A stretch of 64,000 bases of DNA from Myxococcota bacterium (lineage in GTDB: Bacteria > Myxococcota_A > UBA796 > UBA2385), in contig JBIJDH010000001.1 in NCBI GenBank assembly GCA_044344255.1, positions 1 through 64,000 of the forward strand. The letters are read 5' to 3'. Below the pieces are notes generated by a model. It was not told the origin of the DNA, did no database searches, and saw only the letters and a program-made list of their open reading frames with translations. The position numbers and the translations under genes are program-made. Positions 29,236 through 36,879 of this stretch are shown here, piece by piece. Within the stretch, counting starts at the first letter, position 1. The number at the start of each line of letters is the position of its first letter.

Positions 29236-29725
29236 CGGGTCCTACCTCCTCCCGCCCGCGCGGGGTGATCGTCGCCTTCGACTCGGCAGTGTCGTAGTCG
29301 ATCACGCCCGACTCGATGAGCTGCTCCATCAGGTCAGAGAACTTGCGATGCGCGATGAAGTAGCGGCGCTCGCTGTGATCGTGCATCTCGGCGAGGGTGG
29401 ACTGTCCACCACGCTCGACCAGAAATCGAAGGACTCCGAGGCGGGTCTTCTCCAAGTGTCGCGCCACCTTCTCGGCGGAGGGCGCGGCGGGCGCCTCCAC
29501 GGGGCTGGTGCCGACCTGGGCCGGCCGCGCTGTCTGGGCAGTTTGCGCTGGCGCTGGGGCCGGCGCTGGGGCTGGCGCGGGGGCCGGAGCTGGCGCGGGG
29601 GCCAGAGCCGGTGACGGTGACGGTGACGGTGACGGTGCCAAGACCGGTACAGGCGAAGCGACGGGCGAGGCCGGTCGCCCCGCCAGGGTGCGCAGCCGCG
29701 CCTTGAGCTGACTTCGGAGCCCCAT
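29219..29725 (-). CDS. Protein with Ala-Pro linker and C-terminal winged-helix-like domain
   Basis: GGAGG RBS before ATG 29725; (SP)n(AP)n linker; LIESGVI...ATITPRGRE wHTH-type end. Confidence 0.65.
   Translation of the reverse strand: MGLRSQLKARLRTLAGRPASPVASPVPVLAPSPSPSPSPALAPAPAPAPAPAPAPAPAPAQTAQTARPAQVGTSPVEAPAAPSAEKVARHLEKTRLGVLRFLVERGGQSTLAEMHDHSERRYFIAHRKFSDLMEQLIESGVIDYDTAESKATITPRGREEVGPVNAGQ
29546..29637. repeat. Coding hexamer repeats (AP/SP linker)
   Basis: (gacggt)n run and gctggc/gccggc units. Confidence 0.7.
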
Positions 29726-29837
29726 GCTGACCTCCCGGAGGCTGCTGCGATAACCCAACCGCAGGGCGGCGCCCGACGGCGGAGCTCCCTCCGTTTGAGC
29801 GCTGGCGCCACCCACGGACCACGCGGAGCGGAGGGCC

Positions 29838-30713
29838 ATGAACCAGGAAGCGCCGGAGAGCCGCCCCCTCCCCCCATCGTCCGCGCGGAGCTGCGTGCTC
29901 CTCGTGCTCGACTCCTGCCGATTCGACAGCTTTGCCGCCGCGAAGACACCCATCATGTCGCGCCTCGGTCCGCTGCAACGCCGTCACAGCTACGCGACCT
30001 GGACCGCGCCCGCCCACTTCAACCTGCTGATGGGCCTCCTACCCCACCCCGCGCCTACCCACGTCTTCGCGAGCGACCAATACAAGCAGGACTTCCTCGG
30101 CTGGGCCGCGCGGCTCGGCCTGCCGGACCTCTGCTTTATCGGCATGCTCCCTCGCCTCTGGCTCCCCCACTACCTGCGGGCGGAGGTGGGGTACTTCACC
30201 CGCGCGCGGGTGAGCCTGCCGGTGCTGAACCCCGCCACGCCGATCAACGTGGACTTTGACGAGTTCTCCCTGATGCCGCGCCACAACGACCTCAGCGCGC
30301 TGCTCGAGGGTGTTCACTTCTCGGAGGAGCGGCCCACCTTCTGGCTGCTAAACGCCGGAGAGACCCACTACCCCTACGCCCCCGCCGAAGAGCCTGAGGC
30401 CGACTGGCCGCGGGTCCACGGGGTCAACGGGGTCTTTCGTAGCCTGGCCGCCGGCCAACCTCTCCACCAGTCGAGCGCGCCCCGCTTCTTCGATCAGGGG
30501 AAGCTCGACCACCTGCGGGCCCGCCAGGTCGAGGTGCTCCGCGCGGTCGACCGCGCCGTGGAGCGCCTCTTCGACACCGTGCCCCCCGGGACCCGGATCA
30601 TCATCACCGCCGACCACGGCGAGCTCTTCGGGGAGGGTGGCTGGTTCGGCCACGGCCCGATCCCCCACGAGAAGGTGCTGGAGGTGCCCTACCTGGAGGG
30701 CACCATCCGCTGA
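29838..30713 (+). CDS. Alkaline phosphatase/sulfatase superfamily metalloenzyme
   Basis: LVLDSCRFD, ETHYPY, IITADHGELFGE..FGHG, LEVP. Confidence 0.8.
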   Translation: MNQEAPESRPLPPSSARSCVLLVLDSCRFDSFAAAKTPIMSRLGPLQRRHSYATWTAPAHFNLLMGLLPHPAPTHVFASDQYKQDFLGWAARLGLPDLCFIGMLPRLWLPHYLRAEVGYFTRARVSLPVLNPATPINVDFDEFSLMPRHNDLSALLEGVHFSEERPTFWLLNAGETHYPYAPAEEPEADWPRVHGVNGVFRSLAAGQPLHQSSAPRFFDQGKLDHLRARQVEVLRAVDRAVERLFDTVPPGTRIIITADHGELFGEGGWFGHGPIPHEKVLEVPYLEGTIR

Positions 30714-30724
30714 GCCGCCTCCCT

Positions 30725-32191
30725 TCAGTCCGAGACCGAGGGAGTGATCGACGCCAGCTCCTCGAAGTCGTAGGCGCCGTCCACCTCGACGACGCGCCAC
30801 ACCTTGATCGAGGCGGTGGTCTCGCCGTCTGCGTCGTAGTCGAGCGGCCCCGTCGCCCCGGTGACGTCGATGCCGATGCCGGCCTTGAAGCTGCTGGCGA
30901 TGCCCGAGTTCCAGGCGTTGGGAGAGAGATCGACCGCAGTGCCCTCACTCACGCGCCGGAGCCCTCGCCCGATGCCAAGGGGGTTGACCTCCCCCTCCTG
31001 GTAGTAGCTCCAGGCCGCCCCTGCGAGGACCAGCCAAGCCGCATCATATGCGTAGACCGGGTACGAGCTGTCCTCCGGCGCCGCTCCATAGATCGAGGAG
31101 AAGGAGGTGCGGAAGTCATCGGTGACACCGCTCTCTTCAATCTGTGGCGCGGTGCCGATGATCTGATTGAACAGATCGGAGTACTGCGCAGCCTCCACGC
31201 TGTTGTAGGTGTCCGAGTTGTACCCTCCGTCTGCGAGGACGATCGGCATCTCGTCCACAACGAAGGCGTCCACGGTGTTAGCGGCCGCGAGGAAGGCCGG
31301 GATGCTCACGCCGTCCGACGAGCCGAGGAAGATCACCGCGTCGTAGGAGCCGGAGGCCACATCGGCGACCGCGCTCGAGAGCCCCGTGCTGCTCGTGTAC
31401 GGAACCGAATCGACCGTCCCTCCGCGCACCGTGGTGAACCCTTCATAAAAGCTCCCCTTCAGGCCGCGTCCGTACGCGTCATCGGGGAAGAGGAGCAGCA
31501 CCTTCGTGTAGCTCAGGGTCTCGAAGAGGTACTGCGCCATCGCCTCACCCTGGAGGCTGTCCGACGGCGCCGTGCGCCAGATCAGGCCCGGGTTCTGGTC
31601 GTCGAAGTTCACCCCGTCCAAGTTGGTGAGGGAGGGGCTGGTCGCAGCCGGCGCCATCAGCAAGGCCTGGAGCCCCTTCTCCTCCATGTGCAGCCAGGCC
31701 GACTCCGTGGCCCCCGAGCCGTCTGGACCGAGGATGGCCGGTACACCGACCTCGCCCACGAGCCACTCCGTGTAGACGGGGACCGACTCTTCGTAGCTGA
31801 GGCCGTCGGAGTAGCTCACACCATCGTCGAAGGCCCGGTCATCACACTCGATCAGCGCGAAGAGCTTGCCGTCCATCCCGCCGTTCAGATCATCCCCGTT
31901 GACCTGCCGGAGAGGGAGCTCCAGCGAGCGGACCTCGTCCACATAGCCAAGGTAGTAGAGCGACCCGAAGATGACCGCGTCGTTGTACTCCGCCCGGTTG
32001 GTCCAAAGGTCGGCGGGGTAGGTCGTCTCACAACGCTCCGGGACCGCGAGGGGCTCGCAAAATCCCTCGTCTCCGCACACAGAATCCCAGCCGAAGGCCG
32101 ACTTACACTCGTCGTTGGTCGCACACTCGGTGTAATCGAAGCGACTGAAGCTGCAGCCCGACAGGGCGAGCAGCAGAAGGGGGGCGCGCAT
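30725..32191 (-). CDS. Lipoprotein with Cys-rich N-domain and type-I periplasmic binding (LivJ-like) domain
   Basis: LSGC lipobox, C..DECK..C...GFC, AILGP, WRTAPSDSLQG, DAYGRGL, YAYDA, GATGPLDYD. Confidence 0.8.
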   Translation of the reverse strand: MRAPLLLLALSGCSFSRFDYTECATNDECKSAFGWDSVCGDEGFCEPLAVPERCETTYPADLWTNRAEYNDAVIFGSLYYLGYVDEVRSLELPLRQVNGDDLNGGMDGKLFALIECDDRAFDDGVSYSDGLSYEESVPVYTEWLVGEVGVPAILGPDGSGATESAWLHMEEKGLQALLMAPAATSPSLTNLDGVNFDDQNPGLIWRTAPSDSLQGEAMAQYLFETLSYTKVLLLFPDDAYGRGLKGSFYEGFTTVRGGTVDSVPYTSSTGLSSAVADVASGSYDAVIFLGSSDGVSIPAFLAAANTVDAFVVDEMPIVLADGGYNSDTYNSVEAAQYSDLFNQIIGTAPQIEESGVTDDFRTSFSSIYGAAPEDSSYPVYAYDAAWLVLAGAAWSYYQEGEVNPLGIGRGLRRVSEGTAVDLSPNAWNSGIASSFKAGIGIDVTGATGPLDYDADGETTASIKVWRVVEVDGAYDFEELASITPSVSD

Positions 32192-32991
32192 CAGAAGGCT
32201 CCCTGCAGGCCGAGGCCGCGGAGCGTCGGTTGGATTCGAAGGCCGCCGGGGAGGAGGGGCGCGGTGTCGAGCAAGATCGCGAGCGTCCCGCCGAGCACAC
32301 ACGCGCCGCCCACACCAAAGGAGATGTCCGCGATCAACGACGAGACCTTGTCCTTCTCCAGGGCGTCGGTCGCATCGGGAGGGCAAAAGACGAGGTCCCC
32401 CCCCGCGGCGCACATCGTCCCCGCCTCATCCCGCGCCGAGCCGGCGCGGAGCGCGAAGACGGTGCCGGTCGCGAGGCCCACCGCCCCGAGGCTGTACAGG
32501 GTGACCGGCGCCCACACAGGCTTCTTCTCTCGCGGCGGCGTGGGAACAGGCTCTGCCTTCGGGGGCGGCGCGGTGGTCGCTACTGGGGGCGGGTCGGAGG
32601 CAGGCGGCGAAGTGACCGGCGGATTTGACCTCGCCTCGTCCTGCAAGCGGCGCTCCAAGTTGACGATCCGGCGCTCCAGCGCCTCCCGCTCGTCGGCGCC
32701 CGCGAAGGCCCGATATCGGTTCAGGGTGTCGAGCGCCTCCCGCCAGTGTCCGATCCGCTCCTGAGCGTTGGCGACGTTGTAGAGCAAGGCGTGACGGTTG
32801 CTGATCCGGTAGGCCTCCTCCCAGGCCAAGATGGCGTCCTCGTACCGCCCCTCTTCGTAGAGGAGGCGCCCATTGTCATAGAGCTCCTTGGCTCGGAGGT
32901 CCGCGCTCCCATCGGTTGCCTGAGCGTACGCGTCAGAGGAGAACAAGGTGGGCAGTGTGAGCAAACCCGCGACCAAGATCAAACCCTTCAT
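32191..32991 (-). CDS. Secreted TPR protein with C-terminal hydrophobic/OM-type tail
   Basis: AKELYDNG..LYEEGRYEDA..WEEAY, LLYNVA; ends GLGLQGAF. Confidence 0.8.
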   Translation of the reverse strand: MKGLILVAGLLTLPTLFSSDAYAQATDGSADLRAKELYDNGRLLYEEGRYEDAILAWEEAYRISNRHALLYNVANAQERIGHWREALDTLNRYRAFAGADEREALERRIVNLERRLQDEARSNPPVTSPPASDPPPVATTAPPPKAEPVPTPPREKKPVWAPVTLYSLGAVGLATGTVFALRAGSARDEAGTMCAAGGDLVFCPPDATDALEKDKVSSLIADISFGVGGACVLGGTLAILLDTAPLLPGGLRIQPTLRGLGLQGAF

Positions 32992-32996
32992 CACGT

Positions 32997-34613
32997 TCAC
33001 TTCTCCCAAGGATCAACGATGTCGCTCTTCTGCTCAAAACCATCCGTCTTCGGAGGCTTGGCCACCTCGACGGGCGGAGGTGACGCGGAGGTGGCGGTGC
33101 TCGGAGGGGTCGTCGTTGGCGTGCTGGAGCCCTCCGGCGGGGCGGCCTTCGACGCCTTCTCGGAGGGGGCGGCCTTCGCGGTCGACTTCGCCGGTGGGGA
33201 AGACTTCTGCGTCTTGGCGGTCGACTTCGTCGAGGGGACCTCAGCCTTTCGGGGAGGCTCCTTCGCCGCCTTCGCATCGGTCGGCGCGGCAGCTTCGATC
33301 GGCGCGGCAGCCTCGGTCTGCTCGCCCTCCGCTGAGCCCGTGGGCCCCTCGGCCGCGTTGGCAGGGAGCCCCTCGACGTCCGCGGCCTCGTCCGAAGGCT
33401 CGACGCGCTTCGAGCGGTCGCCGGTCACGGGCTCCAACGACGCCGGGGCGGCCCCTCGGCCTCCGTCTCCGCGCGCAAACACCGCCACGATCAGCAACAC
33501 GACGAGGACTGCGAGACCGACGACGACAGGCATCAAGCGGTTCGAAGCCGCCGTTGTCACCCCGACCGTCGCTGCCCGGTCCGTGGTGACCGGCGCGGGG
33601 AGCTCTTCTTCGCCGATGTCGCCCGGGAGGCTGACCTCGTTGTGTCGCTGAAGCGGGAGGGTGCCGTCCACATAGGGCTTCAGCGCGTCCATCAGCGCGT
33701 CGACGTCGGCGTAGCGGTCCACCGGGTCCTTCGAGAGGCACTTCCGGACGATCCCCTCCAACCCACGCGGCAGGTTGAGGTTGGGGTCAATGGTGTCGAA
33801 GGTCGGCACGTCCTGGGTGATGTGCGCGGTCAGGATGGCAGTCGAATTCGGTCCGTTGAACGGGTATCGACCCACAAGCCCACAGAAGAGGAGCACGCCC
33901 ACGGAGTAAATGTCCGCTCGGTGGTCGATCTCCATCCCCTTGGCCTGCTCGGGCGCCATGAAGTGCGGCGAGCCGAGGATGGCGCCGACCTGCGTGATTC
34001 CGGGGTCATGCTCCATCAGCTTGACGATCCCGAAGTCGACCACCTTGACTCGCTCTTCCCCGTTGTCGTCCACCCGCACCATGACGTTCGAGTTCTTGAC
34101 GTCCCGGTGGATCACCCCTCGTCGGTGCGCGTATCGAAGGGCCGCGCAGACCTGGTAGAGCAGCTTGAGAGAGCGAAGCGGATCGAGGGGACGCTCCCGC
34201 AAGATCTCGCTGAACCTCTTGCCATCCACATACTCCATCGCGATGTAGAACCGACCGCCGCCCACCTCGCCATAGTCATGGACCACCACGATGTTCGGGT
34301 GATCCAGCGCCGCGAGCGTCTTGGCCTCAAGGAGGAAGCGCTCTTCGAAGGCCCTGAGCTCCTGGTCAGAAGACTCGGGAGGCGGGACCAGCACCTTGAG
34401 GGCCACGGGCCGGTTCAGGGGCTCCTGATACGCGAGGTAGACGGAGGCCTGCCCTCCCCGCGCCAGCCTTCGCTCGATCCGATACCGCCCCGCGAGGAGC
34501 TCATCGGTGGGCGGAGACAAGCTGCCGTCGGGCACGAGGAGCCCTGGGGCCAGGACTCCGCCTGTCCCTTCAACGCGCGCATCAATTCTGGGGTCGGGTA
34601 CGATGTCAGCCAT
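32997..34613 (-). CDS. Membrane Ser/Thr protein kinase
   Basis: VALK, HRDVKNSN, DFG, GSPHFMAPE, DIYSVG; TM helix then low-complexity tail ending VDPWEK. Confidence 0.93.
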   Translation of the reverse strand: MADIVPDPRIDARVEGTGGVLAPGLLVPDGSLSPPTDELLAGRYRIERRLARGGQASVYLAYQEPLNRPVALKVLVPPPESSDQELRAFEERFLLEAKTLAALDHPNIVVVHDYGEVGGGRFYIAMEYVDGKRFSEILRERPLDPLRSLKLLYQVCAALRYAHRRGVIHRDVKNSNVMVRVDDNGEERVKVVDFGIVKLMEHDPGITQVGAILGSPHFMAPEQAKGMEIDHRADIYSVGVLLFCGLVGRYPFNGPNSTAILTAHITQDVPTFDTIDPNLNLPRGLEGIVRKCLSKDPVDRYADVDALMDALKPYVDGTLPLQRHNEVSLPGDIGEEELPAPVTTDRAATVGVTTAASNRLMPVVVGLAVLVVLLIVAVFARGDGGRGAAPASLEPVTGDRSKRVEPSDEAADVEGLPANAAEGPTGSAEGEQTEAAAPIEAAAPTDAKAAKEPPRKAEVPSTKSTAKTQKSSPPAKSTAKAAPSEKASKAAPPEGSSTPTTTPPSTATSASPPPVEVAKPPKTDGFEQKSDIVDPWEK

Positions 34614-34673
34614 TGCGGGCAAAATATACCACGAGATCGGAGGGCAAGGTCAAGAGCGCGGTCCAACCTCACC

Positions 34674-35126
34674 TCAAGTGGGAGCGGTCGGCGACGGGCG
34701 GGGTGCGAGGGTGGCCATGATCTCGGCCTCCGCAACTCGCTTCTCATCCACTTCGGCGAACGCCGAGAACTTCCAAATAGATCGGCGCTCGTAGGTCTTC
34801 TCGCAGGTGATCCGGACGCGATCACCCGGGACGACTGGCCTCCGAAAGCGCACTCCATCCAAACCCATCAGGTAGACCGCGTCGCCGGCGCGATCGAGGT
34901 GCGCAGAGAGCGCGATCACCCCGGCGAGCTGCGCGAAGGCCTCCATGATCAGAACCCCGGGCATGATCGGCATGCCGGGAAAGTGGCCTTGAAAGTGCGG
35001 CTCATTGACGCTGACGCATTTGATTCCAACCGCACGCACCCCGGGCTCGAGCTCCGTAATGCGATCGATCATCAAAAAGGGATACCGGTGCGGTAGCAGG
35101 CGTAGGATCTCGGCGGCGTCCATCAT
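34674..35126 (-). CDS. fabZ: 3-hydroxyacyl-ACP dehydratase
   Basis: LPHRYPFLMID, FQGHFPG.PIMPGVL. Confidence 0.95.
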   Translation of the reverse strand: MMDAAEILRLLPHRYPFLMIDRITELEPGVRAVGIKCVSVNEPHFQGHFPGMPIMPGVLIMEAFAQLAGVIALSAHLDRAGDAVYLMGLDGVRFRRPVVPGDRVRITCEKTYERRSIWKFSAFAEVDEKRVAEAEIMATLAPRPSPTAPT

Positions 35127-36202
35127 GTCGACTCCGGATCGGAGAGGTTGGGCGAGGGCACCAAGGCAGCCTCGAGCGCCGCCACCTTGGCTTCCAGCTG
35201 GCGGGTCCGGCGCAGGAGCTCGGGGAGCTCAGCGAAGGCCGCGGAGGCGCGCAGCCAACGGTTGTGCTCGATCGCAGGGGTCCCCGTCACCCGCGCGCCG
35301 GCGGCCTGATCATCGCTCACCGCGCTGCCGACGCCGACATGGACACCGTCTCCGAGCTCGATGTGGCCGAGGACCGCGGCGCGGGCCGCGAGGACCACGC
35401 CTCGCCCGAGGCGCGCGCTGCCCGCCACCCCGGAGAAGGCGACGAGCAGCGAGCGCTCACCGACCTCAGCGGCGTGGCCCACCTGAACGAGGTTGTCGAG
35501 CTTGGCGCCCCTCCGCACGAGCGTCTCCCCCAGGGCCGCCCGGTCGATCGTGGTGTTCGCGCCGACCTCGACGTCATCCTCGACGCGCGCCCGCCCCACC
35601 TGCGGGATCTTCTGGTGGCCGGCGGCCGAGGAGGCGAAGCCGAAGCCCTCGGCGCCCACGACCGCCCCCGGGTTCAGCCAGACCCGATCCCCGAGGACGC
35701 AGCCCGCACACAGCACCACGCCGGCCATCAAGCGGCAATCGGCGCCGACCACGGCGCCGGGGCCCACATATGCGAAGGGCTCCACCTCGCTGCCCGCCCC
35801 GACCCGCGCGCCCGGCCCTACCCAAGCGAACGCGCCGATGGTGGCACCCTCGACCTCGGCGTCCGCCGCTACGAAGGCCCGCGGATCGACGCCTGGCACC
35901 TTCGGAGATGCCGGGTGGAACAAGGTCAAGACCTGAGCGAAGGCGAGGTAGGGGTCAGCGATGCGGATCACCGTCCGCCCCCCACAGCCCCCCTGCTCCG
36001 GCGCGACCAGCACCGCCCCCGCCCGCGTGTCGCGAAGCAGGCGCGTGTAGCGCCGATTGGCGAGGAAGCTCAGGTGCTCCGGGCCCGCCTCGGCCAGCCC
36101 GCGCACGCCGGTCAACCGCCGCTCGCCCCCGGATGGATCCTCACCCTCAACCCGACCGCCGAGCCGCTCGGCGAGCTCGGAGACGGTGAAGGGCCCCACC
36201 AC
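35123..36202 (-). CDS. lpxD: UDP-3-O-acylglucosamine N-acyltransferase
   Basis: Hexapeptide repeats, GAEGFGF, GANTTIDR, KLDNLVQVGH. Confidence 0.95.
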   Translation of the reverse strand: MVGPFTVSELAERLGGRVEGEDPSGGERRLTGVRGLAEAGPEHLSFLANRRYTRLLRDTRAGAVLVAPEQGGCGGRTVIRIADPYLAFAQVLTLFHPASPKVPGVDPRAFVAADAEVEGATIGAFAWVGPGARVGAGSEVEPFAYVGPGAVVGADCRLMAGVVLCAGCVLGDRVWLNPGAVVGAEGFGFASSAAGHQKIPQVGRARVEDDVEVGANTTIDRAALGETLVRRGAKLDNLVQVGHAAEVGERSLLVAFSGVAGSARLGRGVVLAARAAVLGHIELGDGVHVGVGSAVSDDQAAGARVTGTPAIEHNRWLRASAAFAELPELLRRTRQLEAKVAALEAALVPSPNLSDPEST

Positions 36203-36205
36203 GGA

Positions 36206-36739
36206 TCAGCCCGGGTGCGCGGCGTCATACCGCTTGATGAGCTCATCCGTCAGATCGGTGGTGCCACCCGCGTAGACCACGGCCCCCTGGCTGACCTCAA
36301 GGATGAGATTGTAACCCTTCTCCTTACCGATCTGCTCACAGGTCACCTTCATCTGCCCCACGAGGCGCTCCATCAGCCCGGCGTACGCAGACTGCATCTC
36401 CTGCTCCGCCTGGCCGGCGGTCTGCTGGTAGACCGCCTCGGCCTGCATGATCTCCTGCTCCTTTTGTTTCTTGGCGGCGTCTGACAAGAGCAGCGCCTGC
36501 TTTTGGTAGTCGGTCTGCATCCCGCCCAGCTTCTTCTCCATCTGGTCGATGGCGGTCTTCTTCTGCTCGTAGAGACCCTTGAGCTTGGCCTGCGCCGTCA
36601 CGCCCTCCTTGACCGTGTTGATCGCGCGCTGAAAGTCGACCGTCGCGATCTTGGGCGCGGCCTGAGCGTGGGCGGTCTGGAAGACGCCCGCAATGGCGAA
36701 GACCCCGAGCAACAGGGCCAGCAGACGGAAGAACCGCAT
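36206..36739 (-). CDS. skp: OmpH/Skp periplasmic chaperone
   Basis: KIATVDFQ, coiled coil, DLTDELIK; lies between bamA and lpxD. Confidence 0.9.
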   Translation of the reverse strand: MRFFRLLALLLGVFAIAGVFQTAHAQAAPKIATVDFQRAINTVKEGVTAQAKLKGLYEQKKTAIDQMEKKLGGMQTDYQKQALLLSDAAKKQKEQEIMQAEAVYQQTAGQAEQEMQSAYAGLMERLVGQMKVTCEQIGKEKGYNLILEVSQGAVVYAGGTTDLTDELIKRYDAAHPG

Positions 36740-36879
36740 GAACGCTCCAAGATGAGACGGATCAAGAGTGATCGTATCGAGACGGGGCGGCCGCCCCAAG
36801 GAGGACCGCCGAGAAAGTGAGATTCAAGGGAGATTCGTGCGGCCGCACGGGGCCGCCGAGGCGGGGCCCGGCCTCCGCC

